DNA of 56,704 bases, counting the filler, from Dugesia japonica (Eukaryota): the NCBI GenBank assembly GCA_001938525.1. It is 4 parts of 4 records of this genome, joined end to end, with 100 filler letters (N's around TTAATTAATTAA, not from the genome) between each part and the next. Parts side by side here need not be neighbours in the genome. Positions count along the whole stretch, not along the records: positions 31,864 to 44,936 come from MQRL01616406.1; positions 45,037 to 56,704 come from MQRL01626596.1; 2 more parts are not named here. One strand, 5' to 3'. This document shows, in pieces, positions 37,847 through 51,737 of this stretch (the first letter of the stretch is position 1; every line of letters begins with the position of its first letter). Below the pieces are notes generated by a model. It saw nothing but the letters and a program-made list of their open reading frames with translations, did no database searches and had not been told where the DNA came from. The position numbers and the translations under genes were made by a program.

Positions 37847-40800
37847 GTACTAATAGTTTTGAAATTTATTTATTATTGATAAAGTGCTTACGATGTTTAG
37901 AAAATTTTAAATTATTGAATTTTACCAAGTTTTTAATAAACCCAAATAATTTTTAAAAGAGAAAGATTGTAAATATGTAGTTTATAAGAATTTTTTTAAT
38001 GTTTGGTAATTAAATTTTAAATGTAGATTTGGTTGAGTCATTTAAATAAATTGTAGAGTACTGAATTCTTTTTAAAAAACGTGAATAAGTTTAGATTTAC
38101 TTTTATTCTGTGAATCATTGGGAACGATAAGTTTACAAGGAATGCAAAGCATTTGTAACATCTACATTTGAAGTACAATTTTTGTAAAAGCGGTAATTTT
38201 TTCGTAATCAGTATTTGTATCAATTTTCGAAATAATCAAATTAGTAAATTTTCTGTTAAAGTATATTTCTGTAAAGTATTACTTTTTTGTATTAATGTAT
38301 GCTTATCTTATCAGTGGCTCATTTTTAATTTGTTAATCATCACTGCAATAGTTACGAATGTCTCTGAACGCGAAAGTATTAATCATCAGTTGTGTACTCA
38401 TCACAAAATTGATTCGAAGAATATTTCAATTCAAAATCGTCTTTGAGATAAATGAATAATTAAGAAAATTTTGTATTGCTTTAATTGTTGGATTTATGTA
38501 AGTTTCAAAATTTAGAAATTGGGAAATTTAAATTAGCAACATTTAATTTTATTCAATCATTACGTTTTTCAACAAGTTATCGTCTTTAAGTTATTTTTAT
38601 TCTGTTAAAATTTGTGTAGTAATTTTTCTAAACAATTTGTATTTAATAAATTGTAATTTGTAAAGTGAGAAATTATAAAATCTCTAGTAGAACTCTTTGA
38701 TAATTGTTGTCTAATAAATTTTGAAAATAATTCGTTATCATGCTTAATATAAATCTAGATAATTTCTCAATATGTATACTTCACAGTTTTCATTTTTCAA
38801 AAAGGGAATCGAAAGTTTGAAAGATAGATTGTCACAGATTATAATGATGGCCATGAAATTACAGATTAAAATTTGTATTATTTGTTAAAAAAAATAAAAC
38901 ATTCTTTATTAAAAAAACGGCATTATATATTGGTACACTTAATATAATAAGCTATAAATTGAAGCAATAATGGTGGCCTGATAATGTTTCTAAATACTGT
39001 AAACTTTACATGTTAATCAATTCATATCCATGGATTTTCTTTTTAGATTTCAAATGTACATAAATAGTACAATACAACTTTGAATTACTATTTCCATAGT
39101 TTTGTTAAATAATTCTTTTTATAAAGGAGGAAATGAATTTTGTCGTTCTTTACTATTGATATTATTTTTTTCAACTGTATGTATTTTAACTGGCGTCATT
39201 ATTTAAACAAACACTTGCGATTGTATAATAATTTCTTTTAAACAAGGATACCATGAAGTATAATTCCACTACATTTTACTAAAAAATTTCAGTATATAAT
39301 TGGCTAATAAAGTATAATTTAAAATACATAAATGCTGTGAATTCTCTCTTTCTATCCTAATTTCGGGTAAATGTTGTTCCCAAATTTAACATTGAAAAAT
39401 TGCCAATTATCGTTTTTTTTTATTAAACAGAAACGATTTTTTATTATATGAATAAACATAAAAACAAACTATTTCATCCTTTTGACGGTGAAAATAAAAA
39501 AATGATATTTGATATATTGTTAGTCTCTTGTACTATTTGAACACTCCTAAAATGATTAGTAATTTTAAATTATTTTCGGAGAAAAAGTACCCATCGCAAA
39601 GTTTTTACATTCTTCATTTTAATTTATGATAAAGAAACAAAGATTCAATTTAGTATTTACATTTTATAAATATTAATTAATGAATACCAATAAAGAATTA
39701 ATTGCACGAGTGTTAATTAATAAATGAGTACTTATGATCTCGAAATATAATTTATTAAAATTATTCTATATTTAAGTAATTCATTAATATATATTATAAA
39801 AATTTATTATACAAATCAGGGCTTGCTGATCTTGTAGATGTTGATACGCCTTATAAACTGAAAATATATTTGGGCGTCTATGGTAAAATGCACAAGAATT
39901 TTATGAAGTGGTGTCTGATGATAAGTTGTCAGTGCCCAAGTTAGTTTTATGGCAACTTACAAAAGTCTTGAGATCGGCATCTTGGCAATTCATGATAAGA
40001 TGTAATAAAATTGATAAGATCAATTAAATTATTCTTTAAAAGCTATTATATAAAAGGCCATAAACCCTTTTTTATTATAATTCATTTAATATTAATAAAT
40101 TATTAGTAACCCAATTGACAATTGATTCATTAAATGAGAAGAAATTCATTAAAACATAAGAGAGGAACTAAAATCTGTTAAATCAATGTGTCCGTCTGTA
40201 TCCATCGTGATAATGAATTAGGTTGTATTGTTTCATTTTCACAAGGTCGTCCATTTTCAAAGATATCATTTATAATTCATTAACAATCCTGATAACATCA
40301 GCAGGATTTTTTGTATGTAATTTATGTAGTTTTTTGATGATTATGTATCTTCAAAATTGACAACCAGGTGTTGTGATTTTTTGAAAAAAACCTATTGAAT
40401 ATGAGTCAATCAAATTTTAAAGTGAATTATTAATAGTAAAGGGGATTTTAATCCACGAACAATCATTTAATCAAGATGACATTTTCGAAGTAGATTTTGG
40501 TGTTTCGGCGGACAATGATGCTAAAAAGAATAATTTGAAGCATGTAATTTAGTAAATATATCATTTTCAGTTTACTGAGTTCTCTTAACGTTTATTATTA
40601 CATTTTCCTTTTCAAGTTTGTCAAAATTAATTTAAAAATTAATAAAATAAAAATTAAATTAAATTAGAAAATATAATTCCCAGTTTCCTTACCAAAAATT
40701 AAAATAATATATTCGAAAAATATCATTTATTAAAACAAGTCCTGATTAACAGTTACATCCAAGATTTTTAAATTATCTTAATCACGGAAAATTTTTTATC

Positions 40801-40929
40801 GATTTTATTGTTTTAAATTTTAATGATTGATTTGAATTTTTGTGAATGAAAATAGTGGTATTCATAAAATATAAAAATTGTATTTAAATTGTAGCAAATT
40901 TTGTGATTGGAATGTCAGTCGAATAAAAT

Positions 40930-40935
40930 AATAAT

Positions 40936-40974
<39 letters not shown>

Positions 40975-41637
40975 TTTATTATTATTATTCTGTATTTATA
41001 AATCTATATTTCATTTAAATTATTTTTAATCCGTTGAAAAATAGTTGAAAATAATTCTTGTTTGTTTAACGGAAAATGAAGTCAATTCATAATAATTATA
41101 TACAAATATAAATAATTTGAATGTTAATTAATCCACCAATGAGATTCATTATAACTTTTAAATTGCAGTCAAACATTTGATTTTAAATTTTAGGTTTATT
41201 CTGTTATTTGGATTCAATATTTTAGTTNNNNNNNNNNNNNACATTGAAATGCATTGTCAAATTATTTCTCTAAATGTATAAATAAACTGTTATATTGAAT
41301 AAATATGGAATTTATAGAAAGCACTAAACGGCTACTTATTCGTTAATATTCAAAAATAAATTACAATTAAATCACAAACGATAATTAATCAATGCAAATG
41401 AATTATTAAAATAACTATTCAAAAGATTTTTAATAAACATCCTGTAGAATTTTCAAGTTGATTTTAAATACAATGCTATAATAATTTATTATTAAAAATT
41501 GATTTATTATCTATTGTATTTTTATCGAATTATTAATCAATTGTAATTATTTCAAAAGTAATTGTTGAGCTTAACCATTGATTTAACNNNNNNNNNNNNN
41601 NNNNNNNNNNNNNNNNNNNNNNNNNNNNNNNNNNNNN

Positions 41638-41676
<39 letters not shown>

Positions 41677-42289
41677 TTTATTATTATTATTCTGTATTTA
41701 TAAATCTATATTTCATTTAAATTATTTTTAATCCGTTGAAAAATAGTTGAAAATAATTCTTGTTTGTTTAACGGAAAATGAAGTCAATTCATAATAATTA
41801 TATACAAATATAAATAATTTGAATGTTAATTAATCCACCAATGAGATTCATTATAACTTTTAAATTGCAGTCAAACATTTGATTTTAAATTTTAGGTTTA
41901 TTCTGTTATTTGGATTCAATATTTTAGTTNNNNNNNNNNNNNNNNNNNNNNNNNNNNNNNNNNNNNNNNNNNNNNNNNNNNNNNNNNNNNNNNNNNNNNN
42001 NNNNNNNNNNNNNNNNNNNNNNNNNNNNNNNNNNNNNNNNNNNNNNNNNNNNNNNNNNNNNNNNNNNNNNNNNNNNNNNNNNNNNNNNNNNNNNNNNNNN
42101 NNNNNNNNNNNNNNNNNNNNNNNNNNNNNNNNNNNNNNNNNNNNNNNNNNNNNNNNAAGTTGATTTTAAATACAATGCTATAATAATTTATTATTAAAAA
42201 TTGATTTATTATCTTTTGTATTTTTATCGAATTATTAATCAATTGTAATTATTTCAAAAGTAATTGTTGAGCTTAACCATTGATTTAAC
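40930..42289. repeat. near-identical local duplications around N gaps
   Basis: About 40930-41227 recurs at 41638-41929, and about 41456-41587 recurs at 42157-42288; each copy is bounded by Ns, so probably unmerged contig overlaps. Confidence 0.8.
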
Positions 42290-42744
42290 ATTTTAAGCAA
42301 AAGTAAAGATTGTAAATTAAAGTATTTAAATTATTTTTCTGTCGTCATTTTAACTTTCCGAATTTTCACATGATATTTTTACTGTCAATAATTAAATTAA
42401 ATAGACTTTTTTAACAATTATAATTGCCAAATATGGAAATAATTATTACTAATAAAATTACAACTATTAGTAAGTTTTTGTTATATTTTTTCGATTAGAA
42501 ACTAAAATGGAAACTAGTGATTAACCCTGGTGAATAATTCAAACAACAAAACTAGAAAATTGACTAAATTAATCACAATGAAACCTATTTTCAGATATTA
42601 TCACTGGATTAATAACAATTGTTATATTTTAATTAAAAGAAAGTATTTATTATATATTATTTCGTTTATTTATTATCTTTATTCCGTGATTCTTTAATGT
42701 TCATGTTTATTAAAAGTAAAATATGAATATAAATTCGTAAATCA

Positions 42745-44497
42745 ATTAACATGCCATTTAATTAAATATTTATTTAGCACAACAAGTTTCGACAATATAT
42801 CTGTCATCTTCAGGCAACTGTTTAAAAATAAGAATAGATTATGTATACTTAAGTTATGTATTATACAATCGATTATGTAATAGTCTCAATAAAATTTCAA
42901 TACATTCAATAAAAATTTATTGACACCAGTTTGAACATTAGTTTTTGTATCACATTATATAATCATCAATGCTTCGCACATGATTTTTTCCCAATAATCT
43001 CTAAAATTTCTGCACAAGATTTTAAAATTATTAATATTTGTGAGGTTCAAAAATGTGTTTGGTTGCGTTTTTGTATTTTAAAAAATATGTAGAAGTGATT
43101 TTATTATTCCTCACAATAAGTGCTCTTATCTGAGTCCAAAATCAGTTAATTTCCGGTTGCGGTAAATTAAATNNNNNNNNNNNNNNNNNNNNNNNNNNNN
43201 NNNNNNNNNNNNNNNNNNNNNNNNNNNNNNNNNNNNNNNNNNNNNNNNNNNNNNNNNNNNNNNNNNNNNNNNNNNNNNNNNNNNNNNNNNNNNNNNNNNN
43301 NNNNNNNNNNNNNNNNNNNNNNNNNNNNNNNNNNNNNNNNNNNNNNNNNNNNNNNNNNNNNNNNNNNNNNNNNNNNNNNNGTTTTACTCAGCGTTTTCCT
43401 ATAAAGATAAGAGTAGCACAAGATACAATTGCCAAAAATAAACAGACGTTGTCCTTCACCGTTTTTGGATCAAGGTTTTATCAAAAAATGGATAAATGGG
43501 AAAATTTAAATTACTTAGAAGCAATCCGTCCTGATTGTAACAATCTGTGTTTGCTTTTGATTTTAGGTCGTTCAAATGATTTTAATTCCTAACTCGATAC
43601 TGTTGATCGAGGGGTTATATTTTACAAGCTTCNNAACGCTTGAAATATAACTCAAAATTTGTGATTTTTAAATAAATAAAATTTACCTCTTCGTAACTAA
43701 AATTTTTTGTCAAAAATTAATTTCTGATTTTTTTCTGCTTATCTGGTTGCAGTATATAAATATTGTCCAACCAATCAGAATTAACTACCTGTGTCTAATT
43801 TGAGTAATTTACCAAATATAGACATATTACTAAATTTAGCGATACAATTTGCTAAATTTCCATGTGACTTATTATTCACGATTTTCTAAATTGAGATAAA
43901 GCTCAATTAAAATTAATTATTTAAAATATAACATAATTTGTTATATTATTATATTATTTTTTATTATTATTATACCTATATTTATTATTATTACAATATT
44001 ATTTATTGCCATCTACCTTTATAATTGTTATTATTATACATTATTATTTCTATACTTATTATTATAAATGACCTTATTTTATACTTATTCTTCTTATCTA
44101 TTCATTTTTTCAATTTATTTTTATTTTTACTAAAAGTTAATTTATTATTTAAAGATAAGAATGGTATTAGTACGCATGTAAAAATACATAAAAGGAACAT
44201 AAGATTGAGGACAGGATTCACACGAACCCTCACATATTTATAACACATTTACATTTAATATTGTGTTCAGTAATATTACTGCGACTATCATATAATCCAA
44301 AAATTAATGTTCAAACTGGTGTCAATATTATTAATTTATTATTATTATTAATTGAAATTTTATTGAGACTATTATATAATCGATTGCATAATACGGAACT
44401 TAGGTATACATACTCTATTCTTAGTTTTAAACAGTTTGCCTGAAGATGACAGGCAAAACTTGTGCTAAATAAATATTTAATTAAATGGCGTGTTAAA
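42745..44497 (-). mobile_element. Penelope-like retroelement remnant with inverted terminal (pLTR) copies
   Basis: GIY-YIG C-terminal-like NFKILC.NFRDYWEKIMCEALMI..NVQ on the minus strand (42900-43170); 42745-42945 is repeated inverted at 44300-44497; both copies carry CCTGAAGATGACAG. Confidence 0.75.
42772..42820 (-). ncRNA. Penelope-type minimal hammerhead ribozyme-like motif (probably degenerate)
   Basis: Minus strand reads GC-CUGAAGA-U-GACA-gauauau-UGUC-GAAAC-UU-GUU: both core boxes and a 4-bp stem II are present; stems I and III are weak. Confidence 0.6.
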
Positions 44498-44936
44498 TTA
44501 TTTATAAATAGATTGCCATTATTCTTTAACTTTTGGAATAAATTATTAAATTAATTCTTTTGTGTATTCTAGAACATACACACTTCCACTTCAATGGCTG
44601 CTACAAATAATTGAGGATAAAATTATAAAACAAAATAGAGAGAAAACATGAACATGTTACTGAATCGGGTACTCAAAATATAAACTCAAATAACTTTCCA
44701 TATATTTCCATCAGCAAAATATTTGCTTCTTTACAGGATTATGTATTAATTTACTTGAAAACTTGCATAAATATTACGTTGGCAATAACTCAGTGCGCAT
44801 TTCTATGAATGTCTTTTAGTAAAGGAAATATCAGAAAGTTTTAGTGGTTTGATAAATAATAATACCATCCAAATAAAAGTTGTAATCAAAGGTTTGCTTT
44901 AATAATATAAATAAAATAATATTGATAACGATGGAT

Positions 44937-45036
44937 NNNNNNNNNNNNNNNNNNNNNNNNNNNNNNNNNNNNNNNNNNNNTTAATTAATTAANNNNNNNN
45001 NNNNNNNNNNNNNNNNNNNNNNNNNNNNNNNNNNNN
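44937..45036. other. artificial scaffold-joining spacer
   Basis: 44 N + TTAATTAATTAA + 44 N. Confidence 0.95.
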
Positions 45037-46024
45037 TATTAAACATATTAGGTTAAAATCATCGCTTATATATTTATTGGATTTCGTATAAAGATTAATA
45101 AACAGAACTCGCGTAAAAAATCGTTGATTTGCCTTTGTGAAATCCCAAAGACATCTCAAAAATATGAAATATGGACCCAAACCAAAGGAGTGCGAGTCTG
45201 TACTCAGATTTTGAGTCAACGGCTCCATTACGAAGATCTGGATTTTTACGACACCAGATTAAAATTCTTTGCGGAGTTTTGCCAGACTTAATTTAATATA
45301 TAGTTCGAACCCCACTAGATTTAATCCTATAAATAATCAACTCACCTAGGGTAAAACCCCAACAATAATTTCAATTTAATTTATAGTCTGTTAAAGACTA
45401 GTTTTTATTTATTTGTCAAATTATTTGAAGTCTGTTAAAGACTTGTTAATAAAATTTTGGAAAGTCTGTCATAGACTAGTTTTGGTTAATTTATTTTATA
45501 TAATATTATTTCATTGATATTATTTTTATTAGTCAGTTATTGACTAGCAAAGAAGTATTAATTAAAAATATTTAAAAAATAGATACTGTTAGACATAATT
45601 GTTAGCAGGTATCATGTGTTTTCCTAAAATCAATATTAAAATTAACGAGACCCAAAAATCTCGTTTCTTGTGTCCATTGTTTAAAGGGGGTGTCCTGGAA
45701 TTTGCTAGTACCACTGTGCGTAAAATCTTTAGGTTAGTAGTTTTCACTGAGCTATTTCAATTAAATTATATAGGAACACGTTGCTTGAAAAAGGTATCCC
45801 TGAAATTCGGATTTACTTTATATTTTACTTGTTCAATTTTTTATAAAATTTTTTAGTCTTAATAAAAGTTTATTATAAAATAAACGTGTGATCTTAATAG
45901 ATTTATCTTTATTTATTAAATAATTATTTGTAAATAAAGTAACCTTGCACCTACACGCATATTTAATTTATATTTGGAGTCAGATAAATTCTTATTAGGT
46001 ACCTGAGCCCACTAAGATCTAACA
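45037..46024 (+). repeat. LTR (solo or 3') related to the env-carrying element LTR
   Basis: 45380-46024 is collinear with 2900-3561 and ends TGAGCCCACTAAGATCTAACA with no PBS after it; TATAAAT at 45328 and AATAAA at 45861. Confidence 0.85.
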
Positions 46025-47373
46025 AATTTAATTAATTAATTTTTATTTTTTTTTATTATTTTACATTTGATTTTTAATGTTTCCTTGATTTCTTTTCTAA
46101 TTTTTGTTTAAAAATATACTGTTTTAACTACATGAGTTATTACCTAAAAAATATAATCTTTTCTTTATTTATTATTCTTTAAACAAAGAAACTATTTAAA
46201 ACAAATTAANAAAGCTTTGCTATTTTTAAATACAAATATATTTACATACTTGTCATAAATATAAAAGATAATAAATAATTTATCTACTTAAAGATTTCAT
46301 ATCAATAAGTAATTAAAAATTATTACCAAATATTTTATATGAATAGATTATTGATTAATTGCTATTTAATGTATAACTTTTATATTTTTGGGTAAAAACT
46401 CAATATTATCAATAATTTTATATGATTGAGTCATTACTGAAAATATATAATGTTTATATAACTTATGCATTACCAAAAAATTAATTTTTTTCTTTTCTTT
46501 ATTCATTATTCTTTAAACAAAGAAACAATTTAAAACAAATTAACAAAGCTATCTGATATTTTATTGAGTTACTTATTACTTTTTATTTCTATTGAGTTAC
46601 TCAATAAAATAAAAGTTTTGAATTATTATAAACATATATTTCGCATAAAGTCACATAACTTTTTTTTAATTATTGAGTAATTTATAAATTTTTATTTCTA
46701 TTGAGTTTCTTAATAAAATAAATAGTTTTGAATTATTATAAACTTATATTTCACTTATAACTTCCTATTTGCAAACCTATAATGTCTTTATTAACTTGCA
46801 CAAGTATGACTCAAGTTCTTTGGTCTAGTTGCATTCGTGTTCCAATGTCTTTGTTTGACTTACATTTATGCTGTACAGGTATGACTCATACCATTTTTAA
46901 ACATGTATTTTTATGTGTATGTATAGGTTCATTGTATCTGTATTAATTTATTATGTGATAAAAAACCTAAAATAAGTTCGATAATATTTAATAAGATTAT
47001 ATAAAATTATATAAAACCCAAATAAGCTGTATAGAAACCATATAAAAACATAAAAGTCTTAAAATGATCAAATTATAATTAAAGATAAAATGTTAACGTT
47101 TTTCGTAATAGATTTTAATTATATTGCTTGCCCGCGTTATGTTCATGAATATATAGGAATTTATTAAATAAATCGTTCTATTTATAATTTAGATAACAAA
47201 TGATATCATTACACTAAATTATATAAATTGAAATGAATAATAACCAATGATAACCTTTAAAACAGGTAACGACTAATAGAAACTACCAAATAACGTGTAT
47301 GTGTGTATCTTAGAGAGTATAAAAGCAGTAGATTTCGTAAAATAAATCTTTACAATTAAAAATTATTCTCAAC

Positions 47374-47610
47374 ATGAATCAATTGAAAATAGAAATTAAA
47401 AAGTTGTCAGATACAATTAAAAGTGGATCCCTTGGAGATATTCAATTTCTAACTTAGCTATAAAAATGATCCAATGATGTTGAACTCTTAGTCCGAACAA
47501 TATTCATGAACAAAATTAAAGAAGAATTGAAGACAGAGAGGAGAATTAAATTTGCTGCTATGACTATATTCACCTCATTTGTGTTGTTTTATTTGTTTAA
47601 AAGAAATTAA
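47374..47610 (+). pseudogene. small unknown ORF remnant with hydrophobic C-terminus; homolog at 25335-25415 (-)
   Basis: TATAAAA about 55 bp upstream; IFMNKIKEELKTERRIKFAAMTIFTSF versus IFMNKIMEGLKRQNRIKFVTVTLFTSY; internal stops. Confidence 0.5.
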
Positions 47611-48251
47611 TGTAATTTTTGTTTTTAATTGTTAAATAAATAGAGTTGAATAACAATTTTGTTTTTCATTTTGTTAATCTTAGCATTCGTATTGCATTAT
47701 ATAAATAAAATTATATAAATCTGCAATTAAGTTGTCAACATATCCATGATAATGTTAATTCTTTCATCCAAGTCTCACTACTTTTCCTGTCGAAAATACA
47801 TTCACGCATATAGTAGTATATTTTAAATTTTTTTGTATGTATTATGACTAATATTATATGTTGAGTTTAACAGATTTATTAGGTTTTATAAAGTCTAAAT
47901 ACAATAAAATCCTTAAATCGATATGTAAGACTATAAAACCTTGTAGAACACAAAATAATATCTCATAAGAATATGTATACATGAACCTTAAGGAAACCAT
48001 AAAATAAAGTTCAAGAATATAAAATTCTATATAAGACTATAAAACCATATGAAATCATATAAATAACCTTTAATTACTATGGAAATCTGACAAAACCTAT
48101 ACTTTCCGATAATATTATATAAACCTTAAAATACCTTATAGGATTCTATCAAAATCTCTAAATTATTCAATATGTACAGTATAAAAACCTAATAAAATCA
48201 TATAAACTTCCATAAAAATCATAATACAATATATAAATTGCTTATCAAACA

Positions 48252-48584
48252 CTATAAAACCATATAAAATATAAAAAACATATAAACAATTATTTTACAA
48301 AAACGAAATTTGAAATTAACACTTATTAAACGAAAATTCAAATTATTATCTCTGAAATTAACATAAAATCCTTCCTTTATGGTTGAATATTCAGGTCCAA
48401 AAATATCAACATTAAATGTAGAGATAATACCATGCACGGTTTCGGATTGATTCCCTCTCATCATTTGATGACAATAAGNNTTGTCATACTCAAATAAAAA
48501 AGGATAATCGTCACTGAAAACATGAAATTGTCTTTCTTCTTTTAGAACTCTAGCAGGAATACTTTTATTCATTGCAGTTTTCAT
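48252..48584 (-). CDS. unknown ORF, possibly Polinton-like minor capsid C-terminal region
   Basis: 110-aa open frame; YCHQMM..GIISTF..PEYSTI..VNFRDNN..VNFKFRF loosely follows the penton C-terminal pattern. Confidence 0.3.
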   Translation of the reverse strand: MKTAMNKSIPARVLKEERQFHVFSDDYPFLFEYDXXYCHQMMRGNQSETVHGIISTFNVDIFGPEYSTIKEGFYVNFRDNNLNFRLISVNFKFRFCKIIVYMFFIFYMVL

Positions 48585-50959
48585 TTGGGTTTTAATAAGG
48601 GTTTCATCATCTTTCTTAATTTTTTCTGAAGTGTTGACTGTTCAGAAGTTTTTCTTTTATTTGTTAGTTGATCTCAATTTTTCCACCTGAATAACGATGA
48701 AACTGATACTTTCATGCGATTTGAAATTTCCACAAACGTTAAACTATCTTCAAGTATAGCAAAATCTGTTCCCTTAATAATTTTATTATACATAATTATT
48801 ACAAAAATGAAAAATTAATTTAGATTTATATATATAATGGAAAGAAATTTTAGACACATTCTTAAAATATAGTACGTTGCAGTATTTATACAGTTTAATA
48901 CATACAATAAACCCTATACATACAGGTAAATACAAACAATAAACCAAATAGAGTCATATAATACACATTATACAGCAAATATACTAATCTATTTAAAATA
49001 TTAATATTAAATAATCCTGTGGGAATATTAAAATTTTATGCATATTAATCAATGTGCGCATCATAAATACATGTTAAGCAATGAAAAATTAAGATAAACA
49101 AAGGACTGATTAGTAATGGATTTGTATAATATTATAGACGATGTGATTGAACATATAACTTCATCGGTTCAAGGTAATAATAATAACTACTAATAATCTA
49201 AACAGATTTTTTAATAGTAGATGATTTTCAAGGAAATGATTTAGAAATAATTGAAATAGATGCATAGACAGATAAAGAGTTGATCGATACTCAACCAAAT
49301 TAGGTCATTATTGATGCNNNNNNNNNNNNNNNNNNNNNNNNNNNNNNNNNNNNNNNTGAGGAAATAATCGATATGCCTCCAAATGATATTTCTGATGAAT
49401 TAATGTCTGACACTAGTGCAAATAAGGATATTATTTGTGATGAAATGACTGATTCACAGTCATATGAGGAAATAAATGATAAAGAAATAACTGATGTAGA
49501 CAAATTGATTAAATTTTCAAGTATAGGCGAACTCTTCTGGACTTGACTTTCTTTTCGATATACTTCCTTTCACGTGATTCCTTTAGTGTACTTCCTTTAT
49601 CTGCAGGCGAATGCTTACAACTTATATTCTTAACTTATTACAATTCCACTCTATATAAATTTATTTTTAGATCCATTCTTATTTCTTTATTTTGAGTTAA
49701 TCATAATATTCTTAATTTATTTTATTATTTGTTTATTCTGAATCTATATTCTTCCAATGCTTTTAATTTTATTTAACCTATAATCATAATAGCTTACATT
49801 TACTTTACTATGATTATAATGTTCTTAGTCTATTCTAATTTTATTCTAAATCCTTAGTTTTTTTGTTCTTTAGCTTATTTATTTCCGTAATGAACTTCAA
49901 TTATCTTACTATTAGTGGCTTTAACTTCATTAATTATTTTACTTTATTAATTATTATTAGTAGGAAAAAGAAAATTATAAATAACAACCAAGCAATTAGT
50001 TCATTAGGCAAGGAAATCATATTGAATTAATAATTGAAGAAAGAGAAAATAAATTAATTAGCGAAAGAAAACGACGGAATTAAATTAATTTTAGATCCAA
50101 AACGAAAAATGAACAACTAATAAATAAATAATTTATTTATTTAAATTAAATGAATCATTGTTATCAAATTTTTATCAAAAACCAAAAAACAAATTTTGAT
50201 CGAAGCTTTTATTTTAAATGTATTCTGAAAAACGATAAATGTTTACGTCAACAATTATTCTCGGAATAATTGAAATTGTAAACTAAAATAAATCATACAA
50301 ATTAAAAAGATTTATTATAAAAAAATTAAATTAAAAAAATTAGGGAGCTAAAACTTATGAAATAACCATGAAAATCTACAGTCGGAAACATAAATACGAA
50401 AGCCAAAGAAATAATAAAAGACAAGAAAATTAAATTTATACGAAAATATAAGGAAATGAAGACTTCCCATTGAGACAAAATTAGCAATTAAAAAAATTAT
50501 AGTCAAGAAAAATCGGAAATTTCGAAAATCCAAGTTAAAAAATCATAGCAATACTAAGAAAGAAGTATAAGGTTAATCAATTGATTCATGCTTGAAGAAT
50601 ATGACCGAAGAACACGGGATAGATAGTCTTGAAAAGGAAATAAAAAATATTGATTAAAATTTAAAATTATTAGTATTACTGTTTAAATAAATTTTAGAAA
50701 TATCATTTAGAAAAAATTCAAATCAAATAATTTCTTCTTGAGAACATTTATTAATAACAAAGAAATATTAAACTATCTAAAATGCAAAAGAACATAATTT
50801 CAAATGAAATTACGACGCAACCGTGAATATAAAGAATAAACCAAGAAAAAATATTACGAAGTTAAGAAACAGTATAAATTAATGACATTTTAAAACCTAA
50901 AAATATTTTTTATAAATTTTAGAAAATATATTAACTCCTAAATTATAAGCAAAAACAGT

Positions 50960-51270
50960 TCAATTATGCGATTTAGATAAATGATCTGTAAATTGCAATA
51001 TAGAGTTTGTTGTAAATTGGCAACCATTTTTATCACATTTTAAATGACCTTGAACACTTTCAGAATGACGATTATAATGGAGATCTTTATGCAGTTTTAG
51101 ATGGATTTTCATTTTTAGAAGACTGCTAAAACCTTTCTCGCAATACATACAAATAAATTTCATTGGATTCTCAATAGAATGTTGCTTTCGCATGTGGAAA
51201 CATATTTTGGATATTCTAAAATGAGAACAAGTATCAAATTGCTTTCATCATTATGTTTTGCGCACTTAAG
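50960..51270 (-). pseudogene. C2H2 zinc-finger array fragment (probably transposon-derived)
   Basis: CMYCEKGFSSLLKMKIHLKLH and CDKNGCQFTTNSILQFTDHLSKSH plus a broken upstream finger (..FHMRKQH); ends in a stop with no evident splice signals. Confidence 0.7.
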
Positions 51271-51737
51271 TTAAAGCAAATTTATTGCACAAAACTTTAA
51301 TTATAAGCACGTGGGAAGGAAAATGACGTTCGAAAAAACAAATTGATACTGTTTGAATTTTAAATTGACATTTGACTTTACTTTTTTTAATTATTAAGTA
51401 AAAATAAGAGTAGTTATGTTTAAAAGTCTTAAAAAAAGACATTATACCATTTGTTCACATATTTGTGGACTCTTCAAAATCTTGAAAGCACAATCATTTT
51501 TTATAGTCTAATATGAACTATTGCTCGTGCGTCTAGCTTGTTTTTGTGGGTTCGTCCATTTTATACTATAGTTATCGCGCGCGCTAATTATTTAAAAATC
51601 TTTACAACTTTCTAAAAAACGTTTTTGTACATAAAAAAGGTAATAAGTTGATGATACCTTTGTTTTTAATAATGACAAGATATTACGGATTTAAAATTTA
51701 ATTTTTTAAAATTTTTTACACGTAATTTATAGATTTC

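Noticed and set aside
39815-40320. Possible MULE-like transposase remnant on the minus strand
   Set aside because: Only one weak motif (HRRPNIF); insufficient support.
45599-45856. 85-aa ORF inside the LTR
   Set aside because: The homologous region of the other LTR has stops and an indel, and substitutions show no clear third-position bias.
2746-46024. Single giant LTR element bounded by the two related LTRs
   Set aside because: The LTRs are clearly diverged and separated by three artificial scaffold joins.
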